Positions 9,808 to 18,459 of a stretch of 35,710 bases of DNA are shown here, piece after piece. The position numbers and the translations under genes were made by a program. Positions within the stretch are counted from its first letter, which is position 1; every line of letters begins with the position of its first letter. The stretch comes from Thermodesulfovibrionales bacterium (GTDB lineage: Bacteria; Nitrospirota; Thermodesulfovibrionia; Thermodesulfovibrionales; UBA6898). Under the pieces are notes generated by a model. That model was given only the letters and a program-made list of their open reading frames with translations, ran no database searches and had not been told where the DNA came from. The stretch covers positions 1-35,710 of the forward strand of contig JBIOIY010000032.1 in assembly GCA_044450345.1 (NCBI GenBank). The letters run 5' to 3'.

Positions 9808-9909
9808 ATTGAATATCCGTCTCACAAATCGCAAACTATACGTAATAAACGCGGCCGAATGGCAAAACATGTTATGACTGCGAACGCAGCAAAAAAGTGA
9901 GGCGCTAAA

Positions 9910-10737
9910 GTGAACAAAGAAATAAACTTGGGACACATGAAAGTCCGTTTCGGACTGACGCGGAGAGAAGCCGATGTGCTTAAGCGTCTCCTTGATGGCC
10001 TGAAGAACGCAGAGATAGCTGTAAATATGACGATTGCGGAGCAGACCGTGAAGGACCACTTGAGCAGGATATATAAAAAGATGGGAGTAAAGAACAGATT
10101 TGAACTCATGCGTTCACTTATTAAGACATCCGGCAGAAAGGCAAGGTCGGCAACTCCCAAAAATACCCGGCCCAGGCCGGCGGAAAGGGGGCTTAAGGAA
10201 GCCTCTCTCACGGGTGAACTGACCGGCATATACAACCGCAGGGGATTCCTTACACCGGCCGAGCATCAGATGAAGATAGCCGGGAGACAAAATAAGAGAC
10301 TCTATGTGTTATATGCCGAAGTGGATAACCCCGGGATTAGTGCCGATACATTTGAGCCGGAAGGGAGAGATGTTCTGCTGAGAGAGGCAGCAAACATACT
10401 CAAAGACACGTTTCGGGAATCCGATGTCATTGCGCGGGTCGGAGGTGACGAGTTCGTCGTCATTCCTTTGGGTGCTACGGAGGTTGAGAGGGACCGGGTA
10501 GTGGCCAGATTACAAAAGGGCCTGGAGCTTTTCAACTCGAAGAGAGAAGGCGAGCAGGCATTATCGATACGTTATGGCGCCTCTCACAGCGATCCGAAAA
10601 GTCCTTGTTGCATTGATGAACTCCTTCGGCAGGAAGACAGGTCAACGGACAAAGATAATAAGGAAAAAGATGATGAGCGGGAAGACGGCCCCGATCCCCG
10701 CGGTGCTGCCGGAGACAAAGGCGAGTTTACCGTTTAG
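9910..10737 (+). CDS. LuxR-type HTH fused to a degenerate GGDEF domain
   Basis: LTRREADVL..L.DGLKNAEIA....IAEQTVKDHLSRIYKKMGV (GerE/LuxR HTH), then ELTGIYNRRGF...FRESDVIARVGGDEFVVI. Confidence 0.88.
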   Translation: MNKEINLGHMKVRFGLTRREADVLKRLLDGLKNAEIAVNMTIAEQTVKDHLSRIYKKMGVKNRFELMRSLIKTSGRKARSATPKNTRPRPAERGLKEASLTGELTGIYNRRGFLTPAEHQMKIAGRQNKRLYVLYAEVDNPGISADTFEPEGRDVLLREAANILKDTFRESDVIARVGGDEFVVIPLGATEVERDRVVARLQKGLELFNSKREGEQALSIRYGASHSDPKSPCCIDELLRQEDRSTDKDNKEKDDEREDGPDPRGAAGDKGEFTV

Positions 10738-10862
10738 TTTGAGATCCATCGTCTTCTCCTTTAGCTTCTTGTATCAGACTTTAAAGCATACCCACTTCTG
10801 TTACCTTGGTACGATTACATCGCCTCCCCGGTTGTCAGGAAACTTTTATTGACAGTTCCAAG

Positions 10863-11318
10863 CTATCGTGTCCATGTCGTTGTCCCACCGATGAGCGATA
10901 TGCCGATGAAGCCCCTCACATTTAATTGATTAGGTGAACCGAGTGTCAGCTTGCCGCTGTATGTCTTGCCGTTGTCCGAGTTGTATATTCTCCCGTTCTT
11001 CCACGAGTTATCACCGGCAAACACGAAGTCAAGAAGAATGGGTAGCCCGACAAGAGGAGTTCTTCTCAGTTCCGGGTCCGGGTTGTTATAATCAAGCATC
11101 GGCGTGTTCGGGATCCCTTCTTTTGAACCAGCAGGATAAGTCGGTTCCTTCAACCAAACAATTTTGCCGCAGTACTTTATGCCGCATTTATAGATTCCTA
11201 TCTTTGCGTCTCTCTCCTCCGTGTTCCACACCCCAAGAATATCGTATGGGCCCGCAGCATAGGCAGATGCCGTGGCCAGTATTATGCTCGTGAAAACTAT
11301 AAGCATGCATCGCCTCAT
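10863..11318 (-). CDS. Secreted DUF2147-family protein
   Basis: Signal peptide, GVWNTE, YCGKIVWL, D.NNPDPELR, GRIYNSDNGKTYS, LNVRGFIGISLIG.T.TWTR. Confidence 0.9.
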   Translation of the reverse strand: MRRCMLIVFTSIILATASAYAAGPYDILGVWNTEERDAKIGIYKCGIKYCGKIVWLKEPTYPAGSKEGIPNTPMLDYNNPDPELRRTPLVGLPILLDFVFAGDNSWKNGRIYNSDNGKTYSGKLTLGSPNQLNVRGFIGISLIGGTTTWTR

Positions 11319-11764
11319 ATCGTCTCAGCTTACAGGTGTCCGTCCCGCATTACAAAATATAATCTTCACTCTGCCAAAGTATATCACATGTACAAATTTT
11401 GGGATGGACTTGATGTTGGCCGCTATCGGCACGCCAGCTCTCATGTTACGCCCTGTACTCTTCCGGCAAAAAGACATGAGGTCCTTTTTTTTGAGGCAAA
11501 ACAGATTTTTCGACTGCTTCCTGTACCTCACAGCGGAGCCTTTCCCACATTTACTGTGGGTCACCTAAGAAAATAGTCAGTCTGCCAACTTTACTGCAAA
11601 TTGCGAATATTCGCTTTTAGTCCTTATTATCAGCAATTATAAAAATTGTAACGGACGCTTGTTTTGTTTCTTCCATCGTTTTTCGCGATGTGATATATTT
11701 AGTTCAGGTGGTCACCCAACTGGAAGTTCATATAATCATTGTCCACTAGCCATGGAGATATAAA

Positions 11765-12184
11765 ATGTCTATTGAATATGACATCATAATGGACAAAAAA
11801 TTAGTACTGGCAAAAGGCTGCAATGTGATTTCTGGAATTACTGTAATGGAGCATCTTGCCGCCTTGGCCATGGACTATAGGTATAAAGCGCCGATGAAAA
11901 AGCTCGTCGATTACAGAACTATTGATAGCATCAGAATTTCTCCGAAAGAAGCATATTCAATCGCCCGGATAAAGGTAAGACTTGCCAGTACATTTACCGG
12001 CGAGAGATGCGCTTTTGTGTCGCCGAAGGATGATTCATATAGCTCCTCACGAGTGCATCAGGCACTTGTTGATGGCATTGGCCTCAACACGGAAGTTTTC
12101 AGGCGCATCGAGGACGCTCTGGAATGGCTTGATGTTACTTTAGACAAGAACCATGAACAATGGCTACTCAAGCGTTGCACGTGA
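11765..12184 (+). CDS. Hypothetical protein, SpoIIAA-like (STAS/SEC14-like) fold
   Basis: 139 aa with SD GGAG; pattern LVDYR...RCAFVS...VFRRIEDALEWL typical of SpoIIAA-like small proteins. Confidence 0.65.
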   Translation: MSIEYDIIMDKKLVLAKGCNVISGITVMEHLAALAMDYRYKAPMKKLVDYRTIDSIRISPKEAYSIARIKVRLASTFTGERCAFVSPKDDSYSSSRVHQALVDGIGLNTEVFRRIEDALEWLDVTLDKNHEQWLLKRCT

Positions 12185-12549
12185 TGCCGAGAACGTCTTC
12201 GGGTTAACGGGCAAATTTTTTGAGCGGCGCACGTGAGCTCAATCGTTGCTTTCTTTTGAAAATCTTCACTGTTGCAGATTTATGAACCACGATTGCTTGT
12301 CGGTGAAAGTGTCATCGCTCGCTGAGAATACTGGAGCACTCTCTTTTGAGGTCGGTATCGATGGAGGTTTCTCCCGCCATTCCAAACAGGCGAAAGTGGA
12401 CTCCATAATCCTCTCGACGTAAGATTATATATCGGACTCCGGAGGGAGCCATGGGGCGAATTCAACAGTCATAAAAAACGAGGCTGGTGTTTAGTTCTGT
12501 GAGTACCCCGCGGGCACTATCTGTAGGGTCAATTAGTTGCAGCTACAAA

Positions 12550-13140
12550 TTATGCGGAATTAGCGGGAGTGCACCTGATCACACGACGGTCCGTGACGAT
12601 CATGTCGGCCCTGATATCATGAGGTTCAGCGGGGACCGATTCAACTATCTGTTCTTCATATGCCAGGGCGACGACCGGGACATGATGCGTCAGCGATGAA
12701 AGAAGTCTGTCGTAGTATCCTCCGCCATAACCGATCCTGTTGCCTTCGGCATCGAAACCGGCACCGGGGACTATCGCCGCATCGACGTTGTAAATATCGA
12801 CCATTCTTTCTTCGGTAAGTACGGCGGGCTCCGGGATGTTCATATACCCTGCGGTCAATTCTTCAATGCCCTTCACTTCGTAAAGAAGCAAGACATGCCT
12901 TTCCCTGTCCACTTTAGGGAGCACGATGCGCTTGCCATTAATGAGTAGTTGTGCAATTGCATCCAGGGTATTCACCTCGGACCTGAAAGAGGCGAAAAAG
13001 AAGAGCACGTTCGCCTTCTTGATCTCATCGAGTGACATCAGGCGTTCGTGTATCACCCTGTCCTTCGCCTTCCTCACCCCAGAGGGGATCGCATCTCTCT
13101 TTTTCAGAAGTTCCCTTCTGAGCAAACTTTTATCGATCAT
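12550..13140 (-). CDS. ygfA: 5-formyltetrahydrofolate cyclo-ligase
   Basis: K..LRRELLKKR, SEVNT, IPEP, VPGAGFD..GNRIGYGGGYYDRLL, EPHDIRADMIVT. Confidence 0.95.
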   Translation of the reverse strand: MIDKSLLRRELLKKRDAIPSGVRKAKDRVIHERLMSLDEIKKANVLFFFASFRSEVNTLDAIAQLLINGKRIVLPKVDRERHVLLLYEVKGIEELTAGYMNIPEPAVLTEERMVDIYNVDAAIVPGAGFDAEGNRIGYGGGYYDRLLSSLTHHVPVVALAYEEQIVESVPAEPHDIRADMIVTDRRVIRCTPANSA

Positions 13141-13152
13141 CTTGTTTTCCGA

Positions 13153-13260
13153 AAGCAGGACGCCGCGTTTGAGCGGATTCTTTTATCCCGATATTTATCG
13201 GGATAAAAGCCCTCGGAGGTCGATACGACCGAGAATGAGCGAAAATGCAGCGTCCTGCTT
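13153..13260 (-). repeat. Structured intergenic element, copy B (related to 8008-8147)
   Basis: Minus strand: closing stem AAGCAGGACGCTGC/GCGGCGTCCTGCTT; TTTTCGCTCATTCTCG; hairpin GTCG-TAT-CGAC; CTCCGAGG; hairpin CTTTTATCCCGAT/ATCGGGATAAAAG; AATCCGCTCAAA. Confidence 0.75.
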
Positions 13261-13277
13261 GCGTCAGTGAATAGCCA

Positions 13278-14057
13278 TCATCCATTCAGTATTTGCTCGA
13301 TCGCCGATTTGATCTTCCTAATTTCGTCGACGGTGGCGGGAGAATGCATGAAAGGAGAGGCACCCTGAATGTCGGCCTCCATCACGGAATCGCTTAAACT
13401 GATATGTCCGATGAGACCCACATCGCCTATACCGCCTTTGATGAATTCCACATCCTTACCGCCCCTGACCTTATTGGCAACGACAAACACGTTTTTTACC
13501 CCCAGCTCTTTCGCCATCTTCTTGACAACGCCGGCGGTCTGGATAGACCTCTGTCCCGGTTCGACCACAACGATGAAGGCGTCGACGGCCCCTGCGGTCC
13601 CCCGCGTAAGGTGTTCAATACCGGCCTCCATATCGACTATCACCACTTCGTCCCTTTCGACGACAAGGTGTTTGAGCAGCCTTTTGAGGAAGACACTTTC
13701 CGGGCAGTAGCATCCCGACGCGGCGGCCTTTGTCTTCCCCATAACAAGCAGGGTCACTCCGTTCACCTTAAAGCCGAACCCCTCTGGAAGGTCGTCCACC
13801 TTGGGATTAAGTTTGAAAATGCCCCCCATGTTGCCGGGCTTTGAGCCTGTTCGTTCTTCTATCAACTCGCCGAGTTCTGCAATCGGCCTTATCTTTGCCG
13901 CATCTTCTCTGGATACGCCGAGTGCGGAGGCCAGGTTTGCGTCAGGATCGGCATCGACCGCGATGACCTTCTTTCCCTCCGAGGCAAAAAGAAAACTCAA
14001 TATGGCGGAAAGCGTAGTCTTGCCTACTCCACCTTTTCCTGTCACTGCGATTTTCAT
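13278..14057 (-). CDS. cooC: CooC/AcsF-type nickel-insertion ATPase (CO dehydrogenase maturation)
   Basis: Deviant Walker A GKGGVGKT, DADPDANL, GCYCP (CxC metal site), DMEAGIEHLTRGT. Confidence 0.9.
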   Translation of the reverse strand: MKIAVTGKGGVGKTTLSAILSFLFASEGKKVIAVDADPDANLASALGVSREDAAKIRPIAELGELIEERTGSKPGNMGGIFKLNPKVDDLPEGFGFKVNGVTLLVMGKTKAAASGCYCPESVFLKRLLKHLVVERDEVVIVDMEAGIEHLTRGTAGAVDAFIVVVEPGQRSIQTAGVVKKMAKELGVKNVFVVANKVRGGKDVEFIKGGIGDVGLIGHISLSDSVMEADIQGASPFMHSPATVDEIRKIKSAIEQILNG

Positions 14058-14226
14058 GTCACATATTATCCTTTCATTTTATATACTTTACAATACTTTA
14101 CCATATTCACAACCCATTACTCCTTATTGATCAAATGACGTAATGCGTTTTTGTATATGTACGCGGGGCGGATATATCACCGCGCTTCAAAAGACAGGCG
14201 AGGGAGATTTAAGCATGTAAACCCGA

Positions 14227-15540
14227 TTATATCTCAGTCATCCAGCCCCTGCCCTGGGCTGAAGCGCCTTTCTTCATTGCAGCCAAAAAAGTCGATCGCA
14301 ATGCATCGCTCATCAATGACCGCTTCACAGGGGGGAGGCGCAGAAATCCTCCGATAAAGCCCCGCATAAACTTATGTGTCGCGCTCCGGGGATTGTCAAA
14401 GAGCTGATTCTGGATCGTCCCCCTTTCAAGGCACTGAAGCATAATGCGTTCAAATGTCGTGTCAGGCGTAAGGATCCGTTTCTGCCGGCGGACGAGGGCC
14501 AATGCCTTGCTCTTACACTGCAACGCACAAACTCCACAGCCCAGGCAGATACCTGCGTCGGTAACCGGCCTCTTCTTTCTTTTTGATCCAGGGTCATCGT
14601 CTGCAACCATGGTCCTGGCATCTATGGGACAGGCACGGGCGCATAGGCCGCAGCCCGTACACCTTTCACTGTCAGTTTCGGGAAGGAAGTTAGCGGTGAT
14701 GACGATGTTGGTATACCCCCATCTCTTCATGCCGACGAGAAGATGACAGCAATCGCTGCAACAGTGGCAGAGGTAGGCGGAGTTTCTCCGCACATTATCT
14801 ATATTGAGCACCAGCCCGAGTTCTTTCGAGCGCGCGACGTTATCACGCATCTCAGATTTTGACACCTTCCTGGCAAGACCGCGCCGCGTAAGGAATTCCG
14901 CGGCTATGCCGAATGAGGAGCAGGTATCGAGAGGAACTTTGCAGGTCTTTGTCCCGGCGTGCGTGGCCGTATGCCTGCATGAGCAGGTGCCGATAGCGAA
15001 ATTGGTTTGTTCGTCGATGATCGCCGAGGCCCGCTCGTAATCGAGGATCTCGACATAGTCCTCCTGATCAATCATCTCCTCGTGCGGAATGGTCCTCAAG
15101 AGACCGACCTTCTCCCCATGGGCGTAGTTCGCCGCGATAAAATCCGGCTGCGCGATCATATAGTCATGAAAAAGCCTGCTGATCTTCTTCCAGTCCTGGT
15201 CCGGAGCGCTCCTCATCATCGTCATTTCAAATATCCCAATTACCAGGGGGGCCGGCATATAGTGATAGGAACCGGACAGCCAAAAGTCCATGAGCAGTCC
15301 CTTCGAGCAGAGACTGTCCAGGAGATTGCGCAGATGTGCCTCGTTGTATCCCGTTATGGATATCAGACGGTCAAAGGGTGTCAGCGTAAAAGGCATCCGG
15401 ACTACAAGGTCCGCTTCCTCCGGTGCATAGAGTTCTTTTAAGATGGCATGGAAGGTTTCATTCCACGGCGCACGAAAAGTCAGATTATCTATTTTTGCGC
15501 CAAGCCTTCTGTGGATATCTTTTCCCGTGGCGTGTTCCAT
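14227..15540 (-). CDS. 4Fe-4S dicluster domain-containing protein
   Basis: CSCRH, CHCCSDCC, CTGCGLCARACP and CLGCGVCALQC. Start placed at MEHATGK (15540); the ORF-track extension to 15630 looks non-coding. Confidence 0.88.
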   Translation of the reverse strand: MEHATGKDIHRRLGAKIDNLTFRAPWNETFHAILKELYAPEEADLVVRMPFTLTPFDRLISITGYNEAHLRNLLDSLCSKGLLMDFWLSGSYHYMPAPLVIGIFEMTMMRSAPDQDWKKISRLFHDYMIAQPDFIAANYAHGEKVGLLRTIPHEEMIDQEDYVEILDYERASAIIDEQTNFAIGTCSCRHTATHAGTKTCKVPLDTCSSFGIAAEFLTRRGLARKVSKSEMRDNVARSKELGLVLNIDNVRRNSAYLCHCCSDCCHLLVGMKRWGYTNIVITANFLPETDSERCTGCGLCARACPIDARTMVADDDPGSKRKKRPVTDAGICLGCGVCALQCKSKALALVRRQKRILTPDTTFERIMLQCLERGTIQNQLFDNPRSATHKFMRGFIGGFLRLPPVKRSLMSDALRSTFLAAMKKGASAQGRGWMTEI

Positions 15541-15711
15541 AATTAATATCATAACCCCATTGCAAATGAATGGTGTTATGCTGGAATTATACAGAGAGAC
15601 TACTGGAGGGACAAGGAAGCAAAGGGGCAAGCTCCGTCTTCTCTCAAAACCTCGATTATGCTATTATTATGCTCACCGGGATGAAAACACCGAATCCATA
15701 TATTAATTATG

Positions 15712-15809
15712 CCCTCGCCAAACAGTTCCTCTATCCTCTTTCTCATCCTCTGAGAAATCCGATATGCCACTGTCTTGTTAAGATCGTGTGCTGTCTGGAT
15801 GTTGAGAAT
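15712..15809 (-). pseudogene. Short remnant resembling the C-terminal part of an IS1182/IS5-like DDE transposase
   Basis: Reads AHDLNKTVAYRISQRMRKRIEELFGEG, similar to the Y.xSQR.RKRIEE.FG motif recalled from these transposases; abuts the inverted repeat at 15810. Confidence 0.45.
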
Positions 15810-15831
15810 AAATAGGGACACATCCCATTTT

Positions 15832-16503
15832 TCAGCATGATTCCCTTCGTGGCCTTCCCTTCGGTCGCTGCAGAAGCTTTCTTTCAAGTTTATTCTCCAT
15901 TTCAATTACAAACCCCTCATTGCCGAAAGGTCTTCCAGTTTTTGTAGCATAGCGCAATCGCTCAATTTCTTTCTTGGGTATATCGGATCGTAGTAGAAGA
16001 ACATAGTCCCGTCGTCTGTCATTGGCGAAAAGGTCATCTCCGAGGACGGCATCCTCGCTTCCTTTGACATGTGCGAGGGCACTTGAATAGGGATAGTCTT
16101 CTGCTTTCTCTACCATCCCTACTCGTACTGGATTTTGCTCGATATATCTGGCCACTGCCCACAAGTACTTCTCGTGATCCACAATGCACGAATGATAACG
16201 ACTTTCCCACAGTCTTCCAGTCCTCCCGTAGGTCCTGTTTATATACTGCGTATAGCAGAGAGTAAGACCCTGCATCATCTTAAACAGGGACTCTTCCGAC
16301 CCGGGTTTCGTCAGAAGGTGGACATGATTGGTCATCAGGCAGTACGCCATTATAGGAGAAGTCCACTTCGCAGAATATTTCTTAAGCAGTGAGAGATACA
16401 GACTTCGGTCATCTTTTTTGAAAAAGACTCCCTCCCGATTGTTTCCCCTTTGAAGTACGTGGTGCGGAAATCCCGCCGCCACCACTCGTCCAATCCTCGG
16501 CAT
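15832..16503 (-). CDS. Y1 HUH transposase, REP-associated tyrosine transposase (RAYT)-like
   Basis: MPR..R......HHVLQRGNNRE, YCLMTNHVHLL (HUH), GRLWESRYHS, YIEQNPVRVG...DYPYSS. Confidence 0.92.
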   Translation of the reverse strand: MPRIGRVVAAGFPHHVLQRGNNREGVFFKKDDRSLYLSLLKKYSAKWTSPIMAYCLMTNHVHLLTKPGSEESLFKMMQGLTLCYTQYINRTYGRTGRLWESRYHSCIVDHEKYLWAVARYIEQNPVRVGMVEKAEDYPYSSALAHVKGSEDAVLGDDLFANDRRRDYVLLLRSDIPKKEIERLRYATKTGRPFGNEGFVIEMENKLERKLLQRPKGRPRRESC

Positions 16504-16508
16504 AAGTG

Positions 16509-16537
16509 ATTCTATCGATTATGGCCCTGTATGTCAA
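16509..16537 (-). promoter_or_regulatory. Sigma70 promoter for the transposase, leaderless arrangement
   Basis: Minus strand TTGACA-17 nt-TAGAAT-5 nt-ATG, no SD. Confidence 0.7.
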
Positions 16538-17070
16538 GAAATGGGATGTGTCCCTATTTTATTTATAATTCCATAGTGTGTTCGAATTCTGCCTTAGTCG
16601 TTTTGATATATCCCTGGATACCCATCTCGTTTCATACTGCCTGCGCTTGAGTGGACGAAACACTTTTTCCTGATTCTTGCTACATAGGAGAGCCATAGGG
16701 AGGACTAAGGCAGGCGTTTTCGCCGGAAGACATCGAGAGGACAGAGAGCCGTCCAGTTCAATTGCACTACCTGACAAGTTCCGTCCGCAATACTTCGAAA
16801 AAAGGGATGTGTGCAGGTCAGACAATCTTTTCATTTTCTTCCTGAACTCGACACCAGGGCTATTCCCTTAGAGTATGTGGAGTACTCTTCGAACTCACTG
16901 TTTTTTTTAATCAATAGTTCTCTTCATCCTCTTGTGTATTTGTGCTATATTCTATCGTAAATGGCAGATCCGAATTTATCATGATCTCTGTTGGTGATAA
17001 ACGAGAAATAGAAATGCAAATGGTCCCATTAATAATCATCCTAGCAGTGGCCGCTATGATAAGGGAATTT

Positions 17071-17937
17071 ATGAGATCAAAGTTCGCCGGTGTTTTTGCA
17101 TTCATGCTCGCGGTAGCTTTCGTTTCCGTTTGTTCTGGAGCAACTGATCCCTGCAAGGAATATGCGGTTAACAAGGAATATGACAAGGCCGTCGAGGAGT
17201 GCACAAAACAGATAAACGGTGAGATAGCGGTAAAGTACCTTGAATATTCTTACAGCAATCGCGGGGCAGCTTATGCGAACAAGAAGCAATACGACAAGGC
17301 TATCTCCGATTACACAAAAGCCATTGAACTGAATCCGGGATATGCTACCGCTTACTTCAACCGTGCGATTGCCTATGCAAACAAGAAGCAGTATGATGAA
17401 GCTGTCTCTGATTTCGGCAAGGTCATTGAACTGAGGCCCGGCGATTCCGCTGCTTACGTGGGACGCGCTACCGCTTATGCAAATAAGAAGCAGTTTGACG
17501 AGGCTATTTCCGATTACACAAAAGCCATTGAACTGAACCCGAATGATTCCGCTGCTTACCACAACAGGGCGATGGTCTACGCGAGCAGGAACCAGTTTGA
17601 CCAGGCAGTTTCTGACCGCAATAAGGCCATTGAACTTTCCGGCGGGGCTTCGTCACCGGCCACGCCCGAAAGCCAGCCAGTCGCAAATCAGGCGCGGAAG
17701 GCAATCTATCATGTACAGCTCGGTATATTCAGAAATGAAATCAACGCAGCGTCGCTCACCAAAAGATTCAAAAAAAAAGGATACAACGTCTTCGTGATGA
17801 AGAGCCCAGCAAAAGGCAATGGGACGCTTTACAGGGTGCTGATCGGGAGGTTTGAAGACAGGCATGAATCTAAGGAACTGGCTGCCAAAATCGGCAAGAA
17901 AGAAAAAATAACGCCGGTTATTTTCTCCGAATGGTAG
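17071..17937 (+). CDS. Exported TPR-repeat protein with C-terminal SPOR domain
   Basis: Signal peptide from ATG 17071 (AAGGGA upstream); four 34-aa TPRs (AY.NRG.AY...KQYD.AISDY.KAIELNP); YHVQLGIF...LYRVLIGRF (SPOR). Confidence 0.9.
   Translation: MRSKFAGVFAFMLAVAFVSVCSGATDPCKEYAVNKEYDKAVEECTKQINGEIAVKYLEYSYSNRGAAYANKKQYDKAISDYTKAIELNPGYATAYFNRAIAYANKKQYDEAVSDFGKVIELRPGDSAAYVGRATAYANKKQFDEAISDYTKAIELNPNDSAAYHNRAMVYASRNQFDQAVSDRNKAIELSGGASSPATPESQPVANQARKAIYHVQLGIFRNEINAASLTKRFKKKGYNVFVMKSPAKGNGTLYRVLIGRFEDRHESKELAAKIGKKEKITPVIFSEW
17251..17640 (+). repeat. 102-bp-period coding tandem repeat (TPR units)
   Basis: CATTGAACT recurs at 102-nt spacing four times; units 1 and 3 share TCCGATTACACAAAAGCCATTGAACTGAA exactly. 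Confidence 0.85.
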
Positions 17938-17945
17938 CTGCTCAG

Positions 17946-18284
17946 TCAAAAAAGAAAACACTTCACTTGAAATTTCCTGCCATCCACGTCCGTCACAAAA
18001 CCCCGCATCGTGTCCGGCGCCTTCTTGCCCTCTTCTTCAATGACTATCAGCACCTCGGTGTCGTTGAACCTCGATATGGTGAGAAACCCAACTTCCTTGT
18101 TTTCCTTGTCCTTTAATTTCCACCGTCCCAGGAGTTTTCCGTCGATCGCGGCGCCGGCCGGCGCGCTCAGGGGCTCGCGGGATTCGTACGGGCAACCTGC
18201 CAGAAGGAGGAGAGTCAACAAACAAAAGAGCGCCTGGATGGCCTGCGGCCACCCGAAACCATTCGTCGTCATGGAAGTCGGCAT
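17946..18284 (-). CDS. Putative lipoprotein, possibly C-terminally truncated
   Basis: SD AAAGGAG before ATG 18284; hydrophobic stretch and lipobox LLAGC; protein-like sequence ends abruptly at GRKF/QVKCFLF. Confidence 0.55.
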   Translation of the reverse strand: MPTSMTTNGFGWPQAIQALFCLLTLLLLAGCPYESREPLSAPAGAAIDGKLLGRWKLKDKENKEVGFLTISRFNDTEVLIVIEEEGKKAPDTMRGFVTDVDGRKFQVKCFLF

Positions 18285-18423
18285 GCGGAGACTCCTTTCG
18301 CCCGTATAATCCCACGGCCGCCGGGAAATTGCAAGATGCTTCGTCTTCGCACCGAGGCATGTAGATGCCCTCACAATTCTTATTCCTTCCTGAAACCTTT
18401 TCCTGCTGCCAATCCCTATCCGA

Positions 18424-18453
18424 TTGATTTTTCAATACTTTTTACGGTATTAT
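18424..18453 (+). promoter_or_regulatory. Sigma70 promoter for argD, leaderless arrangement
   Basis: TTGATT-18 nt-TATTAT-6 nt-ATG (18460), no SD. Confidence 0.55.
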
Positions 18454-18459
18454 TCCTGC

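Larger units (their letters stand above)
15810..16559. mobile_element. HUH transposase gene bounded by perfect 21-bp inverted repeats (REP-like)
   Basis: AAATAGGGACACATCCCATTT (15810-15830) and AAATGGGATGTGTCCCTATTT (16539-16559) are exact reverse complements, and each is itself a small hairpin. Confidence 0.85.

Noticed and set aside
13141..13277. 6S RNA (ssrS), often found upstream of ygfA
   Set aside because: The structured part is only about 110 nt, folds as a multi-branch junction rather than a long rod with a central bubble, and has a relative at 8008-8147.
16559..16870. ORF or pseudogene right of the transposase
   Set aside because: Frames are interrupted and no family could be recognised by eye; needs BLASTx.
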